Source of the DNA: Amphiscolops sp. MND2022
Lineage: Eukaryota
Length of the DNA stretch: 64,000 bases
Assembly (NCBI GenBank): GCA_964187785.1
Contig: OZ076415.1
Location: 13,392,001 to 13,456,000 of the forward strand
Reading direction: 5' to 3'
Shown here: positions 1 to 12,731 of the stretch, in pieces
Position numbering within the stretch: position 1 is the stretch's first letter
Layout of the letters: every line of letters begins with the position of its first letter
Notes under the pieces: generated by a model
Told to the model about the DNA's origin: nothing
Databases searched by the model: none
What the model saw: the letters and a program-made list of their open reading frames with translations, nothing else
Position numbers and translations under genes: made by a program

Positions 1-1668
1 GTAATTCCAAAATCACTACGCTACGCAGCATTCAACGCACTACATTTTGGACACCCCGGGATAAGCAAAATGTACAACGACGCAGCAATATTCTGGTGGC
101 CGAACATGCGGGAAGATATTGAAAAGAAATCAAAAACCTGCTCAGCCTGCCTTAACGCTGGTAAGAATCTAAAATTCCAAATACCCCAAACCGAAAAATC
201 AAAAATCGAACCGCCAAAAACACCCGGCGAAGAAATACAAATCGATTTTACGGGAAATCTCAACAATAAAAAACTGCAAAGCAATCCGTTCATACTAATT
301 GCGGTGGATAAAAAAAGCCGATGGCCCGTAGCAAAAATATGTAAAAATACGAACCATGAAACCGTAATTTCATTTCTGGATGAATATATAAATGTATACG
401 GAGTACCGAAACAAATAAAGTCGGACAAAGGCGGCGACTTTATCTCCAAATAATACATAGAATACTGCAAGACGCATAATATCAACCGCATATACGGTAC
501 CGGATTGGTCGAGCGCACAATCCAATCGTTGAAGAACCTGACACTGGCAAATTTAGAAGACAACCAAAATCTTCGTGGAAGCGTAAATAGAGCACTAAAT
601 GTCCTAAGATTTACAATATACTCAGAAACAAAGAAAACTCCGTTTGAATTGCACTTCGGACGGACACCAAGAACCAAACTGTCTAACCTAAAAAATTCTA
701 TTTCAGTGGATTCCAATGATCTCTCGGTGTACATCACCAGAAATTCAACCGGACAAATCACGGATCATCTGGTAATGTCAAAGAAAAAGATAGCCGAACC
801 AAGATACAAACGTGGGATGACATTCTCCCAAACAAAAAAACCGACCAGTGCGGTAAGTAAATTTGAATATCCTTTCAAATTTTACGAAAAAAAACACAAA
901 AAAGGATCCATGGAAAGTAAATTCAAAAATAAAGTACAAATCGCTGTATCTGGAACAAGACACACCGTGGCAACGGATAAAAACAAATTTATCCACAGGA
1001 AATTAATATCCAACCCGCTACCATTTCAGCAAACAACAACACCGGCAAAGAAGATCAACACCCGCCAAAACACCGCAGACCAACCCACCTGCTCCAAAAC
1101 ACTGGACAACGCAACCACCAGCGGAGCACCCTGCATCTACAGCAGGAAAGAGACACCGAAGAACATCGCAAACTACGAAAGAAGCGAGGACTGGTCGAAA
1201 AGAAAAGAATTACCCAGAAACAACAAAGGACAATTTACTTCACCAAACAAAAATACAGAAAACTTAAACCTGAGCATTATATCTGATGACGACGACTTCG
1301 AGTGCTACAACAAAGCGGAAGGAAAACCGATACAAGTCAACATCGAAGATGAACTTCAGCTCCACCCGAAGGAGACTAACCTGACACCGGAACAAGGTAG
1401 CTATAAAAAAATAGAACAGAAAAACCGACAGAACCGGTCAGAAGATCCAATAGACTACCTTTTGCAAAACAAACCGAAAAATTAGGCGGGATACCGTACC
1501 ACATTAGTAACAATAAGAAAAAATTAACTAACCACGGTAATTTATTACAGGAAACAACAACGGAAACAGCGGAGAGAAATGAGACGGAGAATGACCGTCC
1601 AATGCGGAAAAACAACGAAGAAATCTGTACCATACGGCCACTACAACAAACCCCCATTGGACAACTCC

Positions 1669-1681
1669 GAAGAGGGGGGAA
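1669..1681 (+). other. Polypurine tract of the first Gypsy element
   Basis: GAAGAGGGGGGAA immediately followed by TGT at 1682. Confidence 0.8.
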
Positions 1682-1933
1682 TGTGATATCATGTAGATAA
1701 CATGACCTTCAAAACTACGAACCTAGACAGAGAGCATACTATTGTTGTTAAACATAAAACTCTAATTACTGTCAATTTGAGTTTACTACATTTTGTGTTG
1801 TACAATAGATCATTGACCATTGTACTTGAGATTGATACCATAGATTAGTTACTGAAGAAGATACGAATTTATCGTCTTAGATAAAGAACCTTTTTACCGT
1901 GATACAACAATCCCAACACAAACTAGGTCGACA
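1682..1933 (+). repeat. Probable 3' LTR (TGT...ACA, about 250 bp)
   Basis: Starts TGTGATATC right after the PPT; candidate end GTCGACA at 1933. No partner LTR in the window, so the right boundary is inferred. Confidence 0.6.
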
Positions 1934-2310
1934 TAATAGTATTTAAATCTTGTTTTTAATTTCACCCCATGAACACTTGGGTTGGGGGGTTGGGTTTTTT
2001 CGTGGGTTTGGAATGAGAAACATCGCCCGGAATTTCTCCAACAGCTAGAGTATCTCAAAATATCCCTGTAAGAAGTGAAACCAGAGGCCGTCTTTCGTTT
2101 TCAATTCAACACTCTTATCGACTTTTGCGAATTAAAGAACGAACATTGAGATGACCATAAAGTGCCAATGGTGACAACGATGGTTGAAGGAGCATCTCAG
2201 GTTTTTTTGTATTATCGTATTTTTGAAATTGGCAAAGCTAATGTTCACGTTTTAGAGTAAAGGGTTGAAACATTGGATAGCAATGACAAAATTTTACAGA
2301 AAAAACGTAC

Positions 2311-2438
2311 CACTGGGTAGCATTCTGCGTTTCATTTCAAACTCCATCTTGGCCATCGTCAGATCCGCTCTGAGCTGTCCTAGTTTGCGAGCCGCTGGAT
2401 TGAGAAGCACGTGACTCACAAGACCTGCTGCAGAAATC
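2311..2438 (-). CDS. WEE1: Wee1-family kinase exon: end of kinase domain and C-terminal helix (R-ISAAGLVSHVLLNPAARKLGQLRADLTMAKMEFEMKRRMLPS)
   Basis: Acceptor ttttgcAG at 2440-2439, donor GTACGT at 2310. Phase-2 join to exon 4369-4620 gives DEKRRISAAGLVSHVLL..GQLRADL, matching recalled human Wee1 DPERRPSAMALVKHSVLL..EQLRIEL. Confidence 0.8.
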
Positions 2439-2867
2439 CTGCAAAACAACTCTATCAGAAATTGGATAGCAGCCAATTTTTCAGAAGCTACAAAATAACG
2501 TACATCACCCGGCACTAAGTTCGTTGATTTGTCATTTTAAAGGTGTGATGTCGTCAATCTTAAAACGTTTTAAATTTTTGTCAGAACTGTAGTTTTGAAT
2601 TGGTTTTAAAAATTACCGAACATTTAAAATGCCAATTTTTTTTTCAATTTTCTTTTTCCAAAACTCACCTTTTGGAGAGATTATTTTAGTATATCATGCG
2701 ATATTCTCAATACGGAGCTGACAGTAAGTGTAAGAACCCAGGTCAGCGTCTTCTCTGCTGTCGTAAGCGGATCTAGAACCGGATCTTCTTTGTACGCTTA
2801 TAGGTGACCCGAGACCCTCCTGATGTCAAGTGCGCGTACCTGTTTCTGAATCATTTTCCGAAAAGGT

Positions 2868-2930
2868 ACTGATATCGATACCACAGTTTCTTGGGAGAGT
2901 CTCCCAAGAAACTGTGGTATCGATATCAGT
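2868..2930. repeat. Perfect inverted repeat, 31-bp arms, 1-nt loop
   Basis: 2868-2898 is the exact reverse complement of 2900-2930. Confidence 0.97.
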
Positions 2931-3222
2931 TGTACAAGATGTAACAAGAAATGACGGGGCACTGCGATAGTATTTGTATTATGTTACAGCAGACAACTCC
3001 CAGGGGGCGACGTTCCCGTGTAACCCTTTCAGGGTTCTTAATTGTTATTTTCACAGGAACAACCCGATTTTGTGACTTTTCCCGGACAATTAATGTTCGA
3101 AAAATAGCACACAGTGATAGACTTGCTCAAAACGGTAATCGTTTAGGCTCGAAAAACTCGTTTGGATAACTGAAATTATCCAAATAACCGAAGCAGTGAA
3201 CCTTTACTGAAACGAATAAAAA

Positions 3223-3312
3223 TTGACTTTTAAAGAAGCGTTTTGGAAGCATAACAGCCAAATATCTTCAAGGGAACCCTTCATGCTTCCAAAACGCTTC
3301 TTTAAAAGTCAA
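3223..3312. repeat. Perfect inverted repeat, 30-bp arms, 30-nt spacer
   Basis: TTGACTTTTAAAGAAGCGTTTTGGAAGCAT (3223-3252) pairs exactly with 3283-3312. Confidence 0.97.
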
Positions 3313-3340
3313 GAGCGGCCCTTCAGTTTTGAAAATTCAG

Positions 3341-3408
3341 AAAAAGGTTATATAAGTATTGCAGAAACTAGAAGCTTCTAGTTTCTGCAATACTTATATA
3401 ACCTTTTT
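3341..3408. repeat. Perfect 68-bp palindrome with no loop
   Basis: 34-bp arms centred on AAG|CTT (3374/3375); extends by a further AATTCAG/CTGAATT pair after a 2-T bulge. Confidence 0.97.
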
Positions 3409-4368
3409 TTCTGAATTCATAATTTTTCCCCGATGTATTTTTTGTCCAGCATTGTTGTCAATCATAATTTAGGTCAACTTCCAATCTTCCATTTCTTCAT
3501 TGATGACTTTTTCAGCAACTGTCCAAAGTTTTTGTTCGTTCGAATAAGATTGTAAAGATTTCGTGTAGATTGGCTATATCTAGGGAACAGAATTTCATTC
3601 TCCACTTATCCTGTTTTCTAAACCTAGAGTGGCTATGCTTTTTCGTTCTTCGAGTTTTGTTCCTATTAGTACATTTGGTTCCCAAACTTTTGACTATTGG
3701 GAAAATTTTACTGCCTAGGTCACTATTTGTTGATTTAAAAACGTTTTAGACAGTTCTGTTATTTGTCGAGAAGCAACAAAAAAAGCATTGAAACATGTAG
3801 ACTTTTAGTGTTCAAGTGAACTTTCTCGTGGAATGTTGCTGATTTGTAGGTAAAAGTGTAGAACGTTCCTAGCTGTTCATTATATTTCTGCTCATTTACG
3901 GTATAAGGCGTCTGGTAACCGCTCTCTTTTCTTCAACTCCTCTCGCACATTTTCATATTAATTTACCCACCTAAATGGTTTTTATTTTGAGTAAATTTTA
4001 GTGTCCAGTGCGTATCGTCTTCTCACAGTTTTAGGTGATATTACGCTAATTGTCGCGCTTTTTGCTAACCCCTCTTGCATTCTTGTTTAACTTGGAGTTT
4101 TATTTTAGTGTTTTTGTTGATATTTTTCGTTTTCATAACGAACAACATCTAAGTTTCAGCTGGATATTCCTCAGTCTTTTCCTCTAGAGAAATTACTCCG
4201 ATATTTTTACAAATCGGTTTTCTTACTCACTTTTTGCCCTTCGATATTATTTAAAATAATCAAATTATTAATAATATTTCCTTAAAACCTAAGACACGGG
4301 TTTTGAAAGTGGCTCTGTTATTTACATCCTGAATTTCTAATCAAACAGATATCAAGATTTTTGATAAC

Positions 4369-4620
4369 CTCCTTTTTTCGTCCGCTTGCAACACCTCGAG
4401 TAATAGTTTCCTGAAAGGTAGAGAACAATGGGCCAAACGTTGGTGATAATCATAGGACATTCCATCGTTTCCAAAATAGTCTCCGTCTCTGAACTTGAAC
4501 CACAATGAATCGTCATCGTCTGCGGGTATCTCAATACCACTTCCTAATTCGAACACGGTAAGGCCCAGACCAAACACATCTGCATGAGTACGGTATCCCC
4601 CGTCCCTCCTGGCGAAATAC
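4369..4620 (-). CDS. WEE1: Wee1-family kinase exon, subdomains VIII-XI (YFARRDGGYRTHADVFGLGLTVFELGSG...LLEVLQADEKRR)
   Basis: Acceptor ttgtcAG at 4622-4621, donor GTTATC at 4368; 252 nt, phase 2 to phase 2. ADVFGLGLT matches the Wee1/Myt1 subdomain IX motif. Confidence 0.85.
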
Positions 4621-4980
4621 CTGACAAACATGTACCAATAAAAATAATTGCATTGCCAGGATGGACTTAACATTTAGTTTACACGGGTGTTTCCATATAT
4701 GAGAATTGGATGCCGTTGTTTTTCCAATGTAAAAAACAACATTCTATAGTCTTAGTTGACAAACTGCGGTGTATTTTTCCTTCTTTGCTCTGTTTCGAAA
4801 TTTTCATGATACTTGTCAAGTTCCCAACGTTTTCCACGCGAAACCTAATGTCTGCAGCCACGCATGTTTTTAGTCGGCACTTTTTTTCTAATTTTTACAC
4901 CAACGAAGTGACAGATTTGAAAGGCTTTATAAGCTGGCTTCCACTAACACTAACTGCCACACTTAACTGCTACTTCTACT

Positions 4981-5052
4981 GGCTTTTGGCATAGAGGTTA
5001 ATTAGGATTTTTGAGGACTGCCAAGCAGAAGGACGTGGGTTCGAGTCCAGCC
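4981..5052 (+). repeat. tRNA-derived Pol III promoter module (SINE head or tRNA pseudogene)
   Basis: A-box-like TGGCATAGAGG 4987-4997 and B-box GGTTCGAGTCC 5038-5048; no complete cloverleaf. Confidence 0.5.
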
Positions 5053-5069
5053 AAAATTTTGACCAAGTT

Positions 5070-5358
5070 TGACCAAAATTCTTTGTGCATGTTATTTCGG
5101 CTTTGTGAGACTTTTTAATGCTCCAAAGCGTCCCCCTTCATTTTTTTCTATTTTGCAACAGATTGGATGTTCAAAAAATCCCAAAGGTACTCCTTTTACA
5201 TTTTCGGCACTATCCGACTTACCGGAGACTTCAAAAAAAGTTCGAAAAAAACTCATTCGGGTACTGTAGAAGAGCGTACTTGACACTTTGAAGTCCTTTT
5301 GCTATTTTTGAGCCTTAGATATGGCGCCGTCTTCAGCCATTCGCGGCTTGTTTACTGA
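5070..5358 (+). repeat. Dispersed repeat with internal subrepeats (TTTTCGGCACT, CCAAAG..CCCCTT) and a GC-rich 3' end
   Basis: Same motifs and GCCTTAGATA..GCCG..CGGCTTGTTT end recur at 39510-39948 and, inverted, near 42080-42115. Confidence 0.7.
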
Positions 5359-5899
5359 ATTCCAATCATTGCTAAACATCCATGGTGATTTTCATTACGC
5401 TACAACCATGCCTAACCATCCAAATCACAAAATTGAGCGGTAAAAATTCTTGTTGAAGCTCGAACGTTTCGCATGATCGTTTAAGTTGTCCGAAACTTTT
5501 CATATGACTTTCTTAAAATTGAACTCCTACATGCAAAAATTTATTCATGGGGTGTTCTATTTTCATCAAGCTGCTTGCAAGAAGCATACTACAGTTGGCA
5601 GAAACTTCAAGCTCGAAGTCTCTAGGTTTCAAGGTGAAACAGTTCCAATTCCAACTGTCGCAGCCCGCTCCCGGCTTGTGTACCCACTTTCAACATGCAG
5701 TACACAGGAGAGCAGTAGGAAACGGTCATGACGACAAGCCCAAAAACTTTTGAGTTTTACTTACAATATATCCAAACAAGCCACCGTTATAGAATTTTAA
5801 CACGACTGATAAATAACGGAAGGTTTAAAATAGTCGTTTGGTTGTGTGTAAATTCAATACGTAGTGGTTATGTTTTATTCTGTAATTGGCAGGGTATGT

Positions 5900-6620
5900 T
5901 TGCAATGGTGGAGACATCCCGGTTAAGCGTATCAGCAACAGCTAATTTAGGCCCATCGGTAAGATTTGAGAATTTGGTTGGTAGCAGTTGCCCGTATATT
6001 GTCGAGGAGTAAGATTACGTTTTCTTGTGAATAGAAATAAAACTAGGTTGCGGAGTGTGAAAATTTCTGTTGGGAACTTGGAACCAATAACGATAAATTC
6101 ATAAGTGGTAAGTGCAGTTGCAATTGCGCAGAGTTCTTGGTCGAAAGTTTTTGTTTTTGAGTCCTGGCGCATGTTGTAAGAAGTATCCTACATTTTGCTG
6201 TTAGAGTTGGGTTGAACTAGAATAGCACCTAAACTAAATAGGTTTCTTCGTCAAGAGGAGCATGTGCATTAGCGTAGCTGAGATCAAAAGCGGACTTAAT
6301 TTTTTCATTAGCTTTTGAAAGTTAATGAGCTAAAGGTTCAACAGGCCATAATTCAAAGGCTTGATCGGTGTTGGAGTTCAAATGACTGGAGAACGACTTC
6401 AATTTTATCTTCCTTGGACTTAATGAGTTGGTTACATGTGTGGATTTGATAAAAGGAGTGGAGCCAATTTGTCTAATGATAATGTGTTTGCTAACTCATC
6501 GAGTAGTTTTTGAAGTTTTTCTCTAGATTGTATAGGAAATTGGCCGTTGAAATTGGAGTTCGGAATTTGGTTTGATATGGATACTGAAATGTTACCAACA
6601 TCATTCCGATGAGTAGCATA
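5900..6620 (-). mobile_element. Decayed Gypsy pol fragment (RNase H region)
   Basis: ELCAIATALTTYEFIVIGSKFP...LFTRKRNLTPRQY resembles the RNase H segment at 53711-54031. Confidence 0.7.
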
Positions 6621-6625
6621 CCAAA

Positions 6626-7461
6626 TCTTTCGGGGTAGCTCTTAAGCTACAACGGGGAAGCTCAAGAAAGAGTTCGAACTAGAGGTCGAAGGAATTCAAA
6701 GATAGAGTTCAAGCTATAACATTCGAGTCTTGTCTCAAGGTAAGAGGTCTGGTCTGTGTTTGATAACGTTTACGTATCGATAAAGTACGATAAAGTACGT
6801 TTAAAGTACGATAATGATGCAAAAAAATTACAATTTCATGACTGGTCACCAACAGGTTGTTGGCTATCAAATGAGGAATTTACAGCCAAAGGGCAACAAA
6901 AAGGTCTATTCAGGTTGTTTATCAATATGCTTATGTACGTATACAACAATGAGCAACAATAGGTAAATAAAATAAATATGAAAAGAACAATTTGATTAAG
7001 GGTCAGATAATATGATTGATCAATCATAAAGTTCAGTAATACGGGAACAAAGAAATCAAAAAGAAGCGCCGTCACAGATACGAACTCGCGCAGACCGGTT
7101 CGAAGGCAAAGACTGATCCACTATGCTAAGTGGACGAATAATTACTGCGCGACATCCCACCGGCAGTTTAAATGGTAAGCACATGTGCTAATACAGTTTG
7201 CATGTATATGAAGGTATGGTGAGCAACCAAGCTACAACAAATTGAAAAATGATAATTGAATTAAAGTTTAAGGTGGACAAAATAAATGTTTGTGCCTCGG
7301 GGAATCGAATTCTAGACCTTCTGATGAGAGATTATTGAGTTTACCACTGCACCATTGTCTTACATAATGGTTTTGAGTACACTTTGTGTATTTGCGTTTG
7401 GTGTGTGTGGCAGCAGTTAAAACTTTGGCTGGCTTCGTTCATTCTCTCCACACACTAAACG
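6626..7461 (-). repeat. 3' LTR of the Bel/Pao element
   Basis: Follows the minus-strand G-rich PPT (7462-7478); 6626-7146 is homologous to 12732-13230. Confidence 0.7.
7292..7359 (-). repeat. Degenerate tRNA-like segment (A-box TGGTGCAGTGG, B-box-like AATTCGATTCC)
   Basis: Box spacing fits a tRNA but the acceptor stem does not pair. Confidence 0.4.
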
Positions 7462-9244
7462 TCCTCCCCCGCCCCCCTTTCATCCCCCCGTGGGGAGAGA
7501 ATGCAATCTGAGCAAAGTTCCTTTAGGAAATTGGAACCTACTTGCCAGAGCAAGGCAGGAGTGGATGCGTGTGACCCGCTCGAACCATCGACCTGGCGGA
7601 TCAAAGGAACTCATTGTTTCTTTAACGTTCACCACTACGCCACAGCACTCAGTTTCATTGTCGTTCGTGCTGCTACTCATTGTGTGCACGATGTTCAACG
7701 TTTGCATTGTGGAGGTCATTGTCCTTAACTGGTAGAGGTCTCAGGATGCTGACAGTCCTTGTGAACTCACCGCAAGATATTATCACCAATGCCACTTGTG
7801 CTAAGCAGTCGTGACCTGGCTTCAATTGCATCACTCCACCAATACTTCACTGCAGTATCGTCTCTGATTGGTACCACATCATCAACTGATGGGTTTGCAC
7901 GCTCTTGCCGCCTCAGAAGACCTTCGCTTCCAGGATTGAGCGAGTAGCTGTTGAACACCAATCAGTTGCCATTGACTAGCACTGACGGGGTGAGCGCAAA
8001 GATGTCATCTGCGTTGTTTGTGAGAGCCATAAGTGGACGATTGTTCAATACTTGTTCTATTTGGCACAGAATGATTGTCATCTCCTCGTAGTTGAGAATG
8101 GAATTGCCCGTGACTTTACCCTGCTTCCAATAGTCCACCGATGCTGGGTGAGCGAATAGGAATGGAGAGCCTTTCAAAGCTGCTGTTTAGTTGTGCACCT
8201 GCCCTGACCACCTACTCCAACTCGTTGAGGTCACACCTTGCACCCACGAAACTCGTCGCATAGTCAGACACAAGTTGACACTGAATGCCTCGTCTTGCAA
8301 TAAATCGTCTCAAAGCTGTCACCATTGCATCTGATGTCAATGATGGTACTGCCCCCAGATGAACTGCCTTTGGAACAAAACTTATAAAAACAGCTACGTA
8401 TCCCTTGACACATTCAGTTCCCTTTTTGATTGTTAGACGTCCTGCGAAGTCGAACCCAACACAAGAGAAAGCACAATTGGGACTTCGATGCGACTGGAGG
8501 GCAAGTCGCACATGAGCTTCTGCGTTGGCCCTGAATTGAAGCGGAAGCACGTGACGCACATCTTGATGCACGCTGACGCTTTCTTCATTGCCTGAGTGAT
8601 CCAGGTTTGACGTCTCATTTTTGCCACTGTTGCTGTGGGGCCAACATGAAGGGTTCGTTTGTGGGCATCGTTGATTGCAAGTGTAGCCAATTTGCTTCGG
8701 TGTGACACCAACAAGGGAACTTGTGATTGTCAGTCATTGAGTACCCGTGGGCCAATCTGCCGCGGATGACAATGAATAGGTTCAAATGTGCTATTCGAGA
8801 GAGCTTGGAATTCAGCTTTAAAATGCACCATCTGATCTGCTTCAACCACCGCATGTGAGGAGAGAACCATTTCCTCTCGACCAAAGATCGCTTTGAGATC
8901 TTTCCTCAGCGCTACTTCGATAGTGTTCACATTAACTTCGATAGTGAATTGAATTTGCCCAAGTCTACTAACACACTATTGGGGAATTTCACACTGTCGA
9001 GGATTTGACTTCTTGGCGAGTTTCCTCCTTTGTAAAGAGAGTATAAGGTGGTCAGGTAATGATAATCCCAACCATGAGGGTCTTTCAAACCAAAACTTCC
9101 GTTGAGCCATCAACTGCGTTGCTAGCAATCCGCGTGAGCACAGATCTGCTGGGTTCACCTGTGATGGTGCGTGAAGGAATTCTGTTGTTGGACGTATTGA
9201 GCGAATTTGAGACACACCGTTTGAGACAAATGTGTGCCAGCGCC

Positions 9245-9466
9245 TAAGTGGAAGTTAGTCAACGTTTTGACTGACTTACGAAAAAAAGTATTTTTGGACT
9301 AACTTCCGCTTTTTTCTAATTACGTGTTTTGACTAACTTACACAATTTTCCATTACGCGCGTTGATTTTGCTACACCGTTGAAGCATAGACCGTCTTGAC
9401 TAACTTACGCTGAATGACCATTTTACCATTTTACTCAGATTACGCTGCTTGACTAAAGGCAGCTTA
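9245..9466. mobile_element. MITE-like insertion interrupting Bel/Pao pol
   Basis: Splits the WIKADP..RWHTFVSN reading; imperfect TIR TAAG....TTAGTCAA / TTGACTAA....CTTA; several internal GACTAACTTAC-like copies. Confidence 0.55.
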
Positions 9467-12400
9467 CCGGTACGTGTATCGTAATGCGGGTTGGATCCGC
9501 CTTGATCCATGAGAGTTCGATCGTTTAGTCTTAATACAACACTAAGATGTTTAGTGCGTGTTTTGATTTTGATAGTGCCACCGTGACCGCCGGTGCAAGT
9601 TTTGAACCAGTGTGTTTTGCTAGACGCTCGAGACGAGGGAGAGTTGGAGGTTGATTGGAGCCACCTTGCATTTGTAGGAAATACGGGCTGAAGAGACGAT
9701 GTCATCTTCGACTGACACCAGATAGACACAAGCACCAAATGCCTTTTCCGAGGAATCACTGAAGACTTGCAGGGACGCTTCATTGTATAAATGCGTTGGT
9801 AGCACCTTCCGGGGGATCTTGATTTGTGATAGCGAGCCCATCTAATTTTTCCAGTTTGTGTATGCCCGTGACACATCATGTGGAACTGCATCATTCCACT
9901 CGAGATCCAGATTCCAGCACGACTGAATGATGGCCTTTGCTACTACAGGAACTGGGGCTAAGAGGCCAATTGGATCGAAATGCTTTGAAACATCACTGAG
10001 TAGAGTTCGTTTGTAATGTTTGAAACATACTCACTACTACTTCTGTACAGAAATTGATCCCTCAAAAGATGCTACATCAGTCCCAGGGTTTTCATTTGAC
10101 TGGTTTTGTATTGTCTTTGTAAGCTTTGCCAGCTTCTTGAAGGCCTTTAGGAAGACGAGTAACCAGGTGGGGCTCGTTGCTGCTCCACTTGCGTAGTTGG
10201 AGACAATTCTTTTTGAGGGTTTCAACCAGATCGTCTTGAAGCACGCATACTTCCTCCAGTGTATCAGCTCCATTGATCTGATCGTCAACCCAGAAAACAT
10301 TGAGAATCACATTCATTACTGTGTTGGAACTGGGTTCGTGATGTTTACCGCGCTCTGGAAGTGCTCGGGTTGAGAGGTAGGATGAGCTGACTACACCGTA
10401 AGTCACACGAGTCATACGCAATTCTCGATCTCGTCCCTAAACACGTCACAGAATTAGCTGGAAGGTACAATCTGACTCGCCAAAAGCCACTTGTCGGTGC
10501 ATATTTGCTACATCTGTCGACAAAGCAAGTGGATAAAAGCGTGAGCGAATGAGGATGTCGAACACATCGTCTTGTACGCGGTGTCCAAGTAACAGGCTGT
10601 CGTTGAGGGAATAGAAGTTCGGAAAGTCGCTGCTGGTATCAAACACGACACGAAGCGTGGTCGTCGTACTATCGTTGAACTCACAAAGATGGGGTAAGTA
10701 GTAGCCCAAGCCTGAAGTCTGAGAAGCTTCTTCCAAGTCCTCCAAGTCTTCCATGTCCACCAAGTTTTTGATGAACCCACAACTTTGCTGCTTCACACCA
10801 CTGTGATGAACAGTGATACGGCCATCACCGTCAACATATGTCGTTGTGTCGTAATGCTCCACACATTGACGATTTTCTTTGGACATTGGCTTCACTCGAG
10901 GAATTTCTTCAACTTCCCAGAAACGAGCAAGGTCCAGTTCCACAGCAACTTGAAATGATTGACATATTGACATCGGTAGGCACGCACATGGGACAACTCT
11001 CCAGTAACCACCCAACCGAAGATGGACTTGCGATAGTGCAGTCAATGATCCTTCTTCCTTTCGTCCAGAAAGAGATCCTCGTACACTTCCGCGCACATCA
11101 ATTGAACGGGTTAATGGAAGATTTTGTTGGCTAGTGCTACACGTTTCATTGACTTTAATTGTTTCAGGTTAATCGATTGAGACGGTATATTACCTGCGAT
11201 TGTGTTTAGCACTAGTGCTGTAACTGGCAACTTTTGAGGACCCACTAGGAGACTGGCATACTCCTTTGCTGCTTGTTGCCGTCCACCGACCCAGAGATCT
11301 TCATGTCGACTGTTGAACGGGCAAGGTTGAGTTTGGATGCTGCATCCACTGTGATGAAGGATGTTTGCGATGTTTGCGTCCAGCAGGCTCGAAACATAAA
11401 TGTCTTTCCAGCTGTATCATCTATGCCAAACATTGCTGTTGACAGAAGCACTGACGGACCACTAAATGTTGCACCGCTTGTCACACCACCTTGCTGCTTG
11501 ACTGGGAAATCAAAGTGTAGGGATGTATGACGCCTGCCGTTGCAAGTGCGGCAGCTGAACTTCAATGGACACATCAGAAACGAAATGCCGCCACAGACAG
11601 TTCATGCACAGTTCGAGCTACCTTACCACTGCATTTCTGTCACGTGTGTCTGTCTGCTTGTAGCGATCACACTGGGAGATTGAATGGGACCCATTGCAAA
11701 TGTTCACCTGACAGCTTGCAGAGTGCTCAACAGTTGAAGAGTGGGCTTCTTGATGCACCTTCTTAGGAGTCGTCTCCGGAAGGAAACTCCAGGCTGGTTG
11801 CCACTGGATTCCAATGCGGGGCTTTTGTCTATCCATGATTGTAGTCAACTCTTTGAATGTTAACACATCTGTGCCGGAATGATCCAGTTCAAGTGATTCC
11901 TCGACTCAGCATCACGTTTCGCTAGTGATGCTGAGTACTCAGCAGCCAGTACGCTAGTATTACATCCCACTGATCGACAGACAACAACAATGCATCCAGT
12001 GCTTGCGCATTTTCATTCGTCGATTCCAACAAGTTGCGCAGCTCGGTACTTGATTCTTTCTTGATCGTTGGTAGGGCATGAATTGATGGTCGCTAGGTGC
12101 GCCTTCACGATTGAACGCTTGTTGTTGCAAGGACCTTTCGCTTTGCAACGACGCAGTTTGTATCAGTGACCAACAATAATGAAACTTCCCGAGCTGCATC
12201 GCACTTCGAGGACAATTTGAGGTATGATAGCTTCTCAACATTCTCCATGTCAACTTTGCTGCTAACAAATGTTGTGAATTGGTCCCAGAAGGAGACCCAC
12301 TGCGTGTATTCACCACTGAATGATGGAAGGGTTAGTTTGGGGAGTTTTGTGGTCAGACTGCCACTTGATGGAACCGCTGCGTCGCTTGGGCTTCGTGGTT

Positions 12401-12711
12401 GCAACTCCTCGATTTTGCTCTGACACCACATCACTGATCTTTCTGCTGCCATAAATACATCAGCAGCTTCCTCCACATCGGCTGCGAGTTCTTCGTTGTC
12501 TTCAAGGGGTTGTTGAAACTATGAATCCAACTCTGTCAGGAGCTTGAGATCATCAATCCAAAACTCATTGTGGCTTGGAAGTCCTCAATTGCCGGATTGC
12601 TGTTGCCCGTCTTGTGCAAACGCCGCGATGAGCCCCTCTCGATTGTTTCAACTGAGGCAGCTTCATTTCACCACCTTAGCCGTCTGAACTTCCTGAAGCA
12701 TCTGCTGTTGT

Positions 12712-12730
12712 AATCACGTCGAGGTCATCA
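12712..12730 (-). promoter_or_regulatory. Primer-binding site complementary to the tRNA-Trp 3' end
   Basis: Minus strand reads TGATGACCTCGACGTGATT versus TGGTGACCCCGACGTGATT expected from recalled animal tRNA-Trp (17/19), 1 nt from the LTR end ...AAACA. Confidence 0.85.
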
Positions 12731-12731
12731 A

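Larger units (their letters stand above)
1..1933 (+). mobile_element. 3' part of a Ty3/Gypsy LTR retrotransposon (integrase, C-terminal tail, PPT, 3' LTR); runs off the window start
   Basis: Integrase HHCC zinc-binding region (HFGHPG..WWPNM..CSAC), IQIDF and SDKGGDF core motifs in ORF 70-453. The frame is broken by a stop, then VERTIQSLK..KKTPFELHFGR in ORF 505-1485. Confidence 0.9.

Noticed and set aside
21-761. 246-aa minus-strand ORF, and similar shadow ORFs (20896-21312, 25280-25681, 30415-30705)
   Set aside because: They lie antisense to recognisable retroelement or transposase-like frames and have no motifs of their own
2670-2850. Extra exon ending at a strong minus-strand donor AAG|GTGAGT near 2670
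   Set aside because: The candidate segment has stops in all three frames, and the flanking Wee1 exons already join in phase without it
4800-4861. Minus-strand AADIRFRVEN resembling EGDIRF
   Set aside because: The match is four residues and the flanking splice sites do not give a frame-preserving, kinase-like exon
7292-7359. Functional tRNA genes here and at 4981-5052
   Set aside because: Promoter boxes are present but acceptor, D and anticodon stems do not form a cloverleaf
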